A stretch of DNA of 64,000 nucleotides from Mustelus asterias (GCF_964213995.1 NC_135826.1:42718001-42782000); one strand, 5' to 3'; shown: positions 12,116 to 25,546, counted from the first letter of the stretch. Notes: a model not told the origin generated them from the sequence alone. Program-made: numbers and translations.

Positions 12116-14564
12116 TCCAACTTTTTTCTTTATTGCCATTTGATGATAGAAAAATAATGAAGATGCTTTGCTGCCTCATTTCATTGCGTTACTCTGATTT
12201 TAAACAATTAACTCTTCTGTGTATAGCTGAGGGTAGGAGTTCCTCTTGTTACAGGTGCCTGTCTATTCTGAGTTTTTTATTGACTGACTCTGTGTGTGCA
12301 GTGTCCTGTTTGCACAGATCAGATTTGTCTTTTTTTAGTTTCTGTGTTTGAGTGCTCTTAGCACCCTGGCTTCAGGGAGAGATCCAGATCAAAGGGCTTT
12401 CCAAGACAACGGATAAGAGGCATGTTTCTGAATACCCAGACAAGCTAGGAAACCATTCATTGCCTGGTCTCTGGGAGAAACAACTTTAGCCCATTTGTTT
12501 GCTTGCACCTTTCTCTCTGTAATAATACACATTGCTGTTAAAACCCCTGGCTTATCAGTAACTATTTCCCCAGTTGTTCATCTGGAAAAACCATTCCGAA
12601 TCATGGCATGTCCCACCTGTCTAGTTGTGCTCCCCTTTCCCCTTGGGGCTGGTGTTCTCTTCAGAGACAATCTATCTACACTGCCATAACTTACCAGCTC
12701 ACGTGACCGTCACGTCATTGACACTCTTGCAATCTGCATCGCTCCTTTTCTCAATTATCTTCTGCTCTTCATTCCTCAGGTTCTGGTGGAAAAAATCCAG
12801 AGCGAGGGAACGTGACCTTTAAATTAGAACCAGGCCATTCAGCACTGATGTTAGGAAGTCTTTGTGCACAAAAAGACTAGTGTAAATCTCACCACCACCC
12901 CCACCCCGCCCCCTCCACAAAGAAAATTCTTGTGGAGACTGGAAACTGACTATGGTGGATTTTTGCTAAGAGGTTTGCTATTTGGAGGTTATAGAACCAA
13001 AGTAAGCCGATAAAGCTAAGGTACAACCATGATCTGACAGAAGGTTGGAACAAGCTTGATGGGCTGAATGATATCCTCCTGTATTCATGTTTCTTGATTT
13101 TAAATTCAACTTCTCGCTTAAACTCCTTTGCTTTCTCATTGGCCCCCAATCTGGCAAAGTTCAAGCACAACTACCTCTGATTTTAATTTTTTTTAAATTC
13201 ATTCATGGGATGTGGATGTTGCTGGCTGGGACAGCATTTATTGCCCTTCCCTGAAGCATCGCTGTGGACCTGGAGTCACATGCCCTGGGGAAGGATGACA
13301 GATTCCTTTCCCTAAAGGGCATTAGCGAACCAGATGGGTTTTTACAACAATGATTTCATGGTCATCATTAGACTTTTAATTCTTGATTTTTATTGAATTC
13401 AAATTTCACCATCTGCCGTGGGGGTCTCTGGATTACTAATCCAGTGGCAATACCACTAGACCACTGCCTCCCCCAAATCACTCAGTATTGCTGTTTCTAT
13501 TCCATTTACTGTTATATTATAGATCTTTCAAATCACCTTAATTAAAAGAATTTTATTTTTACCCAGCTTTGGTCTTCTTACCTAAGGAAGAATATACTTG
13601 TTGTACAGAGAGAGGATCAATGAAGGTTTGCTTCCTGTACTGAGAGGGTTGTTCAACAGGAAGAATGGAGAATGGCCGAAACTCTCTGGAGTTTAGAAAA
13701 ATGAGAGGCGTTCCCATGAAATTGTATAAAATTCTTAGAGGGCTTGAAATGCTAGACACTGGGAGATTGTTACCCCTGGATGGAGAATCTAGAACTCGGG
13801 GGTGGTATCTCAGGATAAAAGGCCAAGGACCAAAATGAGGAGAATTTATTTTCCACACGGCGAGTGATTGGGGTCTGGAATGCACTGCCTGGAAGTGTGG
13901 TGGAGGCAGGTTCAACTGAGGCATTCAAGAGGGCAACAGATGATTACTTGAACAGAAACAATGTGCAGGGGTTTGGAGAAAAAGCAGTGGAATGGCACTA
14001 AGCCAACTCGTTTGGAGAGCGGTGCAGACGTGATGGGGCCAAATGGGGCTGTGACAATTCTTTCATTGCGTGAAATTTCTTCACTCAGAGAGTTAAGAAG
14101 CTTTGCAATTGTTTACGCCAAAGGACTGTCGATGCTCAGTTGTCGAGTATATTCCAGATGATGATTGATAGATTTCGGGGCACCATGGGAATCAAGGGAT
14201 TTGGGGATTGGATGGGAAAGTGGAATTGAGTGATTGGGAAAGTAGAGCATGAGTGATGATCATGTTCAATAATGGAGCATATTCAAAGGGCCAGATATCC
14301 TAGCCTCGTTTCTCTTTCTTATGTATTTGAGCAACTTCCAAATTTATGTAGATACCTTTTTGGGTTCAGTTGAGTCTGTTACACTCTCCTCGCCACAACA
14401 CCCCCACCCCCAGGCTCCTCCCCACCAGAAGTGAGTTGAGCATCTTACTTTTCAAGGAATTGCCTTCTTTATATCATATATTATACCAGAACCCAGTGGA
14501 ACTGTGTAAGCGAAACCCTTCACACAGCCAACACACATTTACTTTCTCCCTCTGCCAGCAGAGA

Positions 14565-14760
14565 GAGTCTCACAACACCAGGTTAAAGTCCAACAGGTTT
14601 ATTTGGTATCACGAGCTTTCGGAGCGTTGCCCCTTCTCACCTGATGAAGGAGCAGCGCTCCGAAAGCTCGTGATACCAAATAAACCTGTTGGGCTTTAAC
14701 CTGGTGTTGTGAGACTTCTTACTGTGCCCACCCCAGTCCAACGCTGGCATCTCCACATCT
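14565..14760. mobile_element. Penelope-like palindromic remnant, family 1, with a plus-strand hammerhead core
   Basis: Inverted arms homologous to 2655-2790; flanking direct repeat AGCAGAGA (14557-14564 and 14761-14768). Confidence 0.75.
14637..14673 (+). ncRNA. Minimal type-I hammerhead ribozyme motif
   Basis: TCAC-CTGATGA-A-GGAGC-agc-GCTCC-GAAA-G-CTC^-GTGA: stem I TCAC/GTGA, 5-bp stem II, palindromic AGCT in place of stem III. Confidence 0.7.
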
Positions 14761-16428
14761 AGCAGAGATGGGCAGAAAACAGCAGAAACATGACGATGAT
14801 GCTATGTTACCCACATCATAGTTTGACTTAAAGAGATTAATCTTCTCTACATTCTGAACTATCACCCAGGGCAGGACCCCCTTTCCCTGCAGATTCCTAC
14901 TTTTTTCAAAAGCTTTTCTGACCTGGCTGTCCATGCAGAGTTCTGTTTACAAGATCCAGATTGCCTTTTTTGGAATCTATCGTTTAGAATTAAGACTAAT
15001 TTCACAGGTAAGCCAAACTCAAAGAATTTTCCAAAGCAATGGGTGAAAGATGTCTTTCTGGTGACCCAAATGATTAGGGAAGGAAAATGGGAAAATAAGA
15101 TATAGATCAGCCGTGATACAATTGAAGGCTTGAGGGGCTAAATACCTTCAGTCACTACGTTCTTTCTTAACTGAATAAATTCTTCATTAATTAATGAAAA
15201 TCAGTTTCCGTTTGATATATCTTTTGTGTTCCTCTCTTTAGAAAAAAAGTTGGGAAAATACAATTGCTCTTAAAAACAATAATCAAATTCCGTTCAGTTG
15301 AAAATGGAAAATAAGTTCTGAAAGGTGACATTATCATTGTATATTTTGCATTGTTTGATGGTAGAAAGTTGCCCAATTCCTATGAAGGTGAAAGATTACT
15401 AATAGAATTTCATTTAATACATGTTAATGAACTAACCGTTGTTTAATTAAGGCCAAGTTCGCTTTTTCAATTCTCTCCTTCCCACGTGTGAAACAGAATT
15501 GCTCACCACCCGTCCACCACCTGAAACATTCTTCCCAACACTGATGCACAGTGGCAGCAGTGTATACCATCTATAAGATGCAGTGCAGCAACTCACCAAG
15601 GCTCCTTAGGCAGCACCTTCCAAATCCATGACTGCTATCACCTAAATGGGCAAGGGCAGCAGACGCAAGGGAACTACCACCACCTGGAAGTTCCCCTCCA
15701 AGCACATGCCATCCTGACTTAGAAATACATTGCTATTTCTTCACCGTTGCTGGGTTAACTCCCTTCCTAACTGCACTGTTAGTGAATCTACACCTCAGGG
15801 ATTGCAGCGGTTCGAGAAGGCAGTTCATTATGTTCTCAAGGGCAATTAGAGATGGGCAATAAATATTGGCCTAGCCAGCGACGCCTACATCCCATAAATG
15901 GATTTTTAAAAACCCTTCCATTCCTTTCCCCTCATATGTTTATCGAGATTCCCTGAAACTTATCAATATTATTCACCTCAACCTGTGGTGGTGAGTTCCA
16001 CATTCTCACAGTCTCTGGGTACAAAACTTTCTCCTGAATTCCCTTTAGGATTTAACAGTGACTACCTTATGTTTATGATCCCTCGTTCTTCTTCACAAGT
16101 GGAAACATCTGTCTATCATATCAAACTCCCTCATAATCTTCTGGTTCAGATTTTTAATCTATATGTGGCTGCTCTTTTTCCAAACTGCCAAGTGCCTCAG
16201 TGAAGATAGCAGTAGGGTTTTAAGTGACAACAGGAAAATGGTTTTCCTTCAGGCACGATTCACTGGGTAGAATCTCCTTCCATCCAGACTTCATTAGTGA
16301 CCGGAAAAAAAGAAGTGTGTGCATTTTCAAAGCTTTAATTGCGAATGGTTTCAGAAACGTCGTTACACTCATTATGGTAACACTATGAAGAAACTAATGT
16401 TCGCGCCCCATAGGGTTTTGGGGTCATT

Positions 16429-17382
<954 letters not shown>

Positions 17383-17594
17383 GCCTTGGAAGAAATGTTT
17401 CAAAATGTTGGCAAAAGTCACGCTTTTTTGATTCTGGGAATCCCCCAAAAAGATTATAGAGCAGTAGAGTATGAAAAGGAATTAGATTGTAAAGAACTAA
17501 ATGATAGAGCAGCAATGGCATAAGAAAATTAGCATTATCTTGGTCCCAAGCCCATCTCAGGCCAAGTGAACTTTACCCTATCAACTCAGAGATA

Positions 17595-17809
17595 TGTGAT
17601 GTGGAGATGCCGGTGTTGGACTGGGCTGGGCACAGTAGGAAGTCTCACAACACCAGGTTAAAGTCCAACTTTGCTCGGTTTATTTGGTATCATGAGCTTT
17701 CAGAGCACTGCTCCTTCATCAGGTGAGTCTGAAGGAGCAGCGCTCCGAAAGCTCGTGATTCCAAATAAACCTGTTGGATTTTAACCTGGTGTTGCGAGAT
17801 TTCTTACTG
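17595..17809. mobile_element. Penelope-like palindromic remnant, family 1 (degenerate hammerhead), upstream of TSSK6 copy B
   Basis: Same arms; 12-bp direct repeat AACTCAGAGATA at 17583-17594 and 17810-17821. Confidence 0.75.
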
Positions 17810-18321
17810 AACTCAGAGATACATCTAGATCTTGAGGTTGCTCGATGCACAAATCAGAGCTTAATTTCTTAATTGAATGCATCTTTACAAACTATTTTGT
17901 GTGGTTTTACTGCCTATTTGCTTTTATTCTGTGTGGTATATGTTATATCGAGCTTTACTCAACCTTTTGATATCTCCATGGATGACATCAGGTGACCTTT
18001 GAGCTCGCTTCGAGGCAAGAGGTCAAACTGACATGCTGACCTCTATGACATCACAGGGTTGACAGGCAAAAGGGGGTCATTACTTCATCAGGTCAGTTAC
18101 ATTGTGGGATTCATTGATGAGCTAGAGTAACTTCACCGGGACAAACACTGATTTAATAAGAAGACAAGAGGGGGGGAGATATATGTTTAATTCATGAGGC
18201 AACCACCCCTCCTAGTTGTGTACCTTATTTATAACACAGGTAATCGTGGTATTCAATAAATGGATAAACTTCTTGCCCTCTCCATAACGAACTGCACCGA
18301 GGGCTTCTCAGGTACACAATA

Positions 18322-18477
18322 TGGCCGGAATTCTCTCACCTCGCCCGCTGCTGGGATTCTCCAGTCCCGCTGCAGTGAATGGAGATTTGGCTGGGCGCCA
18401 AATTCTCCATTCTTGTTGGCAGCGGTAGCGGGGCATGCGAGACAAGAGAATTATGGCGTGTTTCATAGATTAATCAT
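18322..18477. mobile_element. Small non-autonomous DNA transposon (MITE-like)
   Basis: Imperfect terminal inverted repeats ggccggaattctc / gagaattatggc plus internal inverted symmetry (ggagatttgg / ccaaattctcc). Confidence 0.5.
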
Positions 18478-18825
18478 TAATATTTACAGGGCTCTGGGGA
18501 AGGAGTGGGGGAATGGAATGGAATGGAGAGCTCATCAAATAGCCAGCGTAGCAATGATGTGTCAAACTGTGTGCAAATCGTATCATTGAATGATTGTATG
18601 AACAAGATTGCACAGCGTTGTAATTATAAAGTGGGCTGGAGAAATGTATATACTGAAAATTAAGAGCGAGAAAGATAATATAGAGCTAGGTGTGCCTGGA
18701 ATATAATACTTCCATGCAAGTATGGAAATGTTTGACAAGGGAGGCAATTGGTCTACGAATTACATGATTGGATGTAAGATTAGGCCAATAATTAGGAAGT
18801 TTTGTTTGATATAACTTTGAGATAT

Positions 18826-19265
18826 TCATAGAATCCCTACAGTGCAGAAGGAGAGCATTTGGCCCATCGAACCGGCACCATCAACAATTCCACCCAGGCC
18901 CTATACCTGTAACCCCACGTATTTACCCTGCTAATCCCCCTGACATTAAGGGGCAATTTAGCATGGCCAATCCACCTAACCCACACATCTTTGGACTGTG
19001 GGAGGAAACTGGAGCACTCCGACGAAATCCACGTAGACACCGGGAGAATGTGTAAACTCCACACAGACAGCGACAGTCAGGGGGATTAGGAGTGTAAATA
19101 TTGGGGGGGGAGTTACGGGGATAGGACAGGACCTGGGTGGGATTGTTGTCGTTGCAGGCTCAATGGGCCAGATGGCCTCCTTCTGCGCTAGAGATTCTAT
19201 GACCCAAGGTCAGAATTGAACCTGGGTCCCTGGCACTGTGCGGCAGCAGTGCTAACCGCTGTGCC
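18826..19265 (-). mobile_element. HE1-like V-SINE containing an inverted tail piece (19079-19203)
   Basis: CR1-type tail at 18826; head at about 19260. Confidence 0.8.
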
Positions 19266-19427
19266 AAAGTGTCGCTCATTCGAAAACCTTTCAGAATTCC
19301 TCAAGAGGGAATCCTATGGGTGGGATAGAATCCAAAATATTGTTCAAAATCTCTATGTGGGATTGATTGGGTTAATAGATATTTTTACTCTTCCTCACTG
19401 TCCAATGTTCTTAAAGCCTGCCAATGG

Positions 19428-20180
19428 CCAGTAAATGGCAGAACCCTTAAGAGTATTGATAGGCAAAGGAATCTGGGTGTACAGGTACACAGGTCACTGA
19501 AAGTGGCAATGCAGGTGGAGAAGGTAGTCAAGAAGGCATATGGCATGCTTGCCTTCATCGGCCGGGGCACTAAGTTTAAAAATTGGCAAGTCATGTTGCA
19601 GCTTTATAGAACCTTAGTTAGGCCGCACTTGGAATATAGTGTTCAATTCTGGTCGCCACACTGCCAGAAGGATGTGGAGGCTTTGGAGAGGGTACAGAAA
19701 AGATTTACCAGGATGTTGCCTGGTATGGAGGGCATCAACTATGAGGAGAGGTTGGAGAAACTTGGTTTGTTCTCAGTGGAACGGCGGAGGTTGAGGGGTG
19801 ACCTGATAGAAGTCTACAAGATTATGAGAGGCATGGACAGAGAGGATAGTCAGAAGCTTTTTCCCAGGGTGGAAGAGTCAATTACTAGGGGGCACAGGTT
19901 TGAGTGCGAGGGGCAAGGTTTAAAGGAGATGTACGAGGCAGATTTTTTACACAGAGGAGGGTGGTGGGTGCCTGGAACTCGTTGTCGGGGGAGGTAGTGG
20001 AAGCGGATACGATAGTGAGTTTTAAGGGGCGTCTTGACAAATACATGAATAGGTTGGGAATAGAGGGATATGGTCCTCAGAAGGCTAGGGGGTTTTAGTT
20101 AAGTCGGGCAGCATGGTTGGTGCAGGCTTGGAGGGCCGAAGGGCCTGTTCCTGTGCTGTAATTTTCTTTGTTCTTTGTTC
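19428..20180 (+). mobile_element. CR1 LINE 3' fragment (young subfamily, closely similar to 35545-36281)
   Basis: ORF 19503-19997; tail gctgtaattttctttgttctttgt. Confidence 0.92.
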
Positions 20181-20397
20181 AATTGATAACATTTTTGCTT
20201 CTAAGTCGGAAAATTGTGAGTTCAAGTCATACTCCAGAGACCTGAACACAAACTCAGTGAGGGGTGAAAACTGAGTGTAATAAGATATGGGCAGCAAAAT
20301 GTTGGATGATGTGGAGTTTAGAGTAGGTGTGAGGTTTTAGCCTGGCGGGGGGTGTGGGGGTGTGGAGGGGGGGGGGGGGGTGCATTTTAATACTCAC

Positions 20398-20581
20398 CAA
20401 AAGAGAAAGTGCTGGAAAATCTCAGCAGGTCTGGCAGCATCTGTAAGGAGAGAAAAGAGCTGACGTTTCGAGTCCAGATGATCCTTTTTCTCTCCTTACA
20501 GGTGCTGCCAGACCTGCTGAGATTTTCCAGCATTTTCTCTTTTGGTTTCAGATTCCAGCATCTGCAGTAATTTGCTTTTAT
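20398..20581. mobile_element. Penelope-like palindromic remnant, family 2
   Basis: About 60-bp inverted arms (20397-20456 and 20487-20545); 14-bp direct repeat ATTTTAATACTCAC (20384-20397 and 20582-20595); the spacer holds a hammerhead 3' half (GAAACGTC) on the minus strand. Confidence 0.7.
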
Positions 20582-21430
20582 ATTTTAATACTCACACCTG
20601 GGGGCTGCCAATGACATCAATTCGGGTCGATGAACTGAGATTGGAGTGAGAGCGGGAGATATTCCAGAGGTGGATGTGCCAGTCTTGATGATGGAAAAGC
20701 CATGAGGTAGAAAGCGCAACTCAGGGTTAAGATTACTAACAATGGTTTAGTTTGAGAATTGGCCGGTGATAGGGATGGAGTAGGTGAAGAGGGTGAGAAT
20801 TTTGTGGCAGAGACCAAGAACAACACCTTTTGGTCTTCCCAATGTTCGAGAAAATTGCAGATTTAAGAGGAAGCAATAAGATAAACATGAGGAATTTGCT
20901 GATAGGGTTTAAAAGTGGGTTAAAGGAGACTCCCTGTGAAACATATAACATCAGCATGGACCATATGGAGCAAATGGCTAGCCTCTTTAGACTTGATGCA
21001 AATGCTGTATCTAATCATCCAAGTAATTAACCAGGCTGAGGAAGTCAGTGATCTCTGAGGGCAGCCCCTCTGACAGTACAGCACACCGTCAACATCGCAT
21101 CTTAGTACAACTAAGTGAGGCTAGCTTAACCTACATATTACTTGGAAGCAAAAATACTGCCAACTGCGCCAAGATAGCAACATGAAGTAATTACTTTATT
21201 TAACTTGTTCATGGGATGTGGGTGTCTCTGGCTGGGCCAGCATTTATTGCCCATCCCTGAGGGCGTTTAAGAGTCAACCACATTGCTGTGGGTCTGGAGT
21301 CACATGTAGGCCAGAGCCGGTAAGGGCAGCAGATTTCCTTTCCTAAAGGACAATTGGCAATGGTTTCATGGTCATCGGTAGATTCTTAAATCCGGATATC
21401 TTTTATTGACTTCAAATTTCACACCATCTG

Positions 21431-23292
21431 CTTGCTGAAGTCCAGGTCTGAGGCATTCAAGTCAAGCGACACTGACATATACAAGAAAGCCAGATACAAT
21501 CTAAGGAGATCCATCAAAGATGCCAAAAGACAGTACTGGACCAAGTTAGAGTCCCAGGCTATCCACACCGGCCCCCGCAGATTATGGCAAGGTCTGCAAA
21601 ACATAACAGGCTACAAGATGAAGGTATGTAAAATCGCCGGCTCCAACACAGCCCTCCTTGATGAGCTCAATGCATTCTATGCCCGTTTTGAGCAAGAGGT
21701 CAGTGAGAGCATGCCCTCCACCCTGGATGAACCTGTATCTGGGGGCACAATTGCAGATGTCAGGACAGCTTTCTCGAAGGTCAACCCATGGAAAGCGACT
21801 GGCCCGGATGGGGTACCCGGACGAGCACTCAGATCCTGCATGGATCAGCTGGTGGGGGGTATTCACAGACATCTTTAACCTCTCTTTACAACAATCTGAG
21901 GTCCCCATCTACTTCAAGAAGACGATCATCATCCCGGTATCTAAGAAAAACCAAGCAGCATGTCTTATGACTATCGGCCAGTGGCTCTGACATCGATCAT
22001 TATGGAGTGCTTCGAAAGGTTAGTCATGGCACGAATCAATTCCAGCCTCCCGGACTACCTGGATCCACTACAGTTTGCCGACTGCCGCAACAGGTCCACA
22101 GCAGACCGTCATCTCCCTGGCCCTGCGCTCAACCCTGGAACACCTAGGTAGCAAAGACACCTATGTCAGACTCCTATTTATTGACTACAGCTCAGCCTTC
22201 AGCACCACTATTCCCACGAAACTCATCTCCAAACTCCGTGGCCTCGGCCTCAGCACCTCCCTCTGCGACTGGATCCTCAACTTCCTAATTCATAGACCAC
22301 AATCAGTAAGGATAGGCAGCAACACCTCCTCCACGATCATCCTCAACACCGGTGCCCCACAAGGCTGTGTTCTCAGCCCCCTACTATACTCCTTATACAC
22401 CTGTGACTGTGTGGCCAAATTCCCCTCCAATTCAATTTTCAAGTTTGCTGACGACACCACCATAGTGGGTCGGATCTCAAACAATGACGAGATAGAGTAC
22501 AGGAATGAGATAGAGAATCTGGTGAACTGGTGCGGCAACAATAATCTCTCCCCCAATGTCAACAAAATGAAGGAGATTGTCATTGATTTCATGAAGCATA
22601 AAGGAGAACATGCCCCTGTCTACATCAACGGGGACGAAGTAGAAAGGGTCGAGAGCTTCAAGTTTTTAGGTGTCCAGATCACCAACAACATGTCCTGGTC
22701 CCTCCATGCCGACACTATAGTTAAAAAAGCCCACCAATGCCTCTACTTTCTCAGAAGACTAAGGAAATTTGGCATGTCAGCTATGACTCTCACCAACTTT
22801 TACAGATGCACCATAGAAAGCATTCTTTCTGATTGTATCACAGCTTGGTATGGCTTCTGCTCTGCCCAAGACTGCAAGGAACTATAAAAGGTCATGAATG
22901 TAGCCCAACCCATCACGCAAACCAGCCTCCCATCCATTGACTCTGTCTACACTTCCCGCTGCCTCGGCAAAGCAGCTAGCATAATTAAGGACCCACACAC
23001 CCCGGACATTCTCTCTTCCACCTTCTTCCATCGGTAAAAAGATACAAAAGTCTGAGGTCATGTACCAACCAACTCAAGAACAGCTTCTTCCCTGCTGCTG
23101 TCAGATTTTTGAATGGGCTTACCTTGCATTAAGTTGATCTTTCTCTACACCCTAGCTATGACTGTAACACTACATTCTGCACTCTCTCGTTTCCCTCTCT
23201 ATGAACGGTATGCTTTGTCTACATAGCGTGCATGAAACAATTCTTTTCACTGTATGTTAATACATGTGACAATAATAAATCAAATCAAATCA
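21431..23292 (+). mobile_element. Rex1/Babar-type LINE, 5'-truncated and frameshifted
   Basis: [63 protein letters not shown]; tail aataataaatcaaatcaaatc. Confidence 0.9.
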
Positions 23293-24389
23293 GATTTATT
23301 TCCCTAAAGGACATTAGTGAACCAGATGGGTTTTTACGACAATGGTTTCGTGGTCATCAGTCGATTCTTAATTCCATATATCTTTTATTGAATTCAAATT
23401 TCACCACCTGCCATGGTGGGATTTGAACCCAGGTCCCCAGAACATTACTCTGGCTCTCTGCATTACTAGTCCAGCGACAATACCACTCTGCCACTGCATC
23501 TCCAGTAAAGCAATTTAAATTATGTAGAGAAGAATTATATATAGCTCAATTTTCCTTGGAGTGCAACTTGTTCTATGTAGGAAACCTTGAAATACCTTTG
23601 CACCATTTTGTAAAGACCATTGTAAAATGTCTGTATCTTTTCTTTATCTCTGTTGAAGCATCTCAGAGTGTTATTTGATGAACGTAAAGAACCTCAATAT
23701 TATTGCATCTTGTGTGGTGGCCATTTTGGAATGTTTGTAATGTTCTTGCAGATTTTTTATGAATAAAGTATACTTTTGGAAAAAAAACATAACTCAATTT
23801 TTGAGTTACAGCAACAACACCTCTTGTGGGTGAGATCACAACTGGCCATAATTATAAATTAGTCACTAATAACTCCAACAGAGAATTTCAAAGAAACTCT
23901 TTACCGAGGGAGTGGTGAGAATGTGTTGATAGGCTTTGATGGAGAGATTTGGGTGGAATGTCCTGTGAATTTAATTTGATTTGATTTATTACATTGTCAC
24001 ATGTATTAGTATACAGTGAAATGTATTGTTTCTTGCACGCTATACAGACAGAGTACACTGTACATAGGGAAGGAAAGGAGAGGGTGCAGAATGTAGTGTT
24101 ACAGTCATAGCTAGCATATGAAGCATAAAGACCTAGACCAGTTGGCCCAATTGGCCTCTTTATAGACTTTATGTCAATGCTTGTGATCTAATTTTGTGTA
24201 TATGTTTTAGCAGGAGTTTCTGTACAACTAAGTTAATAAATATTAAATAATGCATTTATTAACAGAGAGGTTGAAGCAAGCCCAGGTCACTCTCAGTGTG
24301 TGGCCAAAAACCACATTTGAACAAAAATAGAAATCCTCCCTCCTTCTCATCTTCAAACCGAAAATCCATGAACCACAAAAACTATTTTA

Positions 24390-24538
24390 CCAGAAGTGAG
24401 TGCGCAGGTAAAACTGTTCCGCCGCTGTGTTGCCAAGTGGATAGGAACGAATCTCCGCCGCTGCCATAGTAACAGGAGGAACCACAGTGTGGGGGGGAGG
24501 GATAAGGGTGTGGCACTCGGAGGCACTGCAAAGCTGAG
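24390..24538 (+). promoter_or_regulatory. Probable ARMC6 promoter and non-coding first exon
   Basis: Local CpG/GC enrichment, TGCGCA, RFX X-box-like GCTGCCATAGTAAC (24460-24473) and donor GAG|gtaggt at 24538/9. It lies 1.3 kb before the acceptor of the ATG exon (catag| 25873). Confidence 0.5.
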
Positions 24539-25242
24539 GTAGGTGGCAGACAGAAAGGTTATATTAAGAATTATTTACTAAGCCCACAAATTCAGTGGCT
24601 GCCAGCACAGCAATGGGATCTTTCTGTCCCCAAACACATGAGCATGTTATTCAGAAAAAGGATGAATTGGTTTTAAAATAATAAAAGCCATTTGTAGTCA
24701 CCATGAGGATGCATCACATTTTAGGGATCATCCCTAAATTTCATTCATTTCACAAAGTGTAAAATTACTGAATTGGGTGATATGAAACGTGTTTAACTTG
24801 TGGCTTCTTCTGGCTCAGAAGGTAAAGGTGCCAAGGATGTTCCTTTGTCATACTATTCAAGCTCAGAAATCACACTGATCATTCTGTCCCTACCCCAGCC
24901 TATCGGTGTGGTGATGCTTTGTTCATTTCCCTTTTGAAAGAGATCAGGCAAACATGTGAAAAGAAGAGCAACAATAGTCAAACTGGAATTATCCTGACAT
25001 TGTATTGCCATTGGCTTACCCCCTCCCCCCGCCAGCCGAACCATGGGAGAGGCAATAAAAAAGACTGAGCTCAACTTAGCAATTATATAGACAAAGCACG
25101 AGAACAGGTCTTTCAGCACAGGGGGTTTTTATGCTGCATGCGAGCCTCCCTTGCTTAATTTTCCTCCATCGATGTAATCTATTCCTTTCTCCCTCCTGAA
25201 CCCACCACAAGATAGGTTGATTGACCATGCTAACTTGCCCCT

Positions 25243-25546
25243 CATAGAATCCCGACAGTGCAGAAGGAAGCCATTTGGCCCATCGAGTCTGAACCGACCA
25301 CAATCCCACCCAGGCCCTATTCCTGTAACTCCAATATTTACACTGCTAATCCCCTGACACTAGGCACAATTTAGCATAGCCAATCAACCTAACCCGCACA
25401 TCTTTGAACTGTGGGAGGAAACCAGAGCACCCGGTGGAAACTCATGCAGACACGGGGAGAATGTGCAAACTCCATGCAAACAGTGACCCAAGCTAGGAAT
25501 CGAACCCGTGTCCCTGGTGCTGTGAGGCAGCAGTGCTAACCACTGT
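25243..25546 (-). mobile_element. HE1-like V-SINE
   Basis: Head, V-domain and CR1-type tail. Confidence 0.85.
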
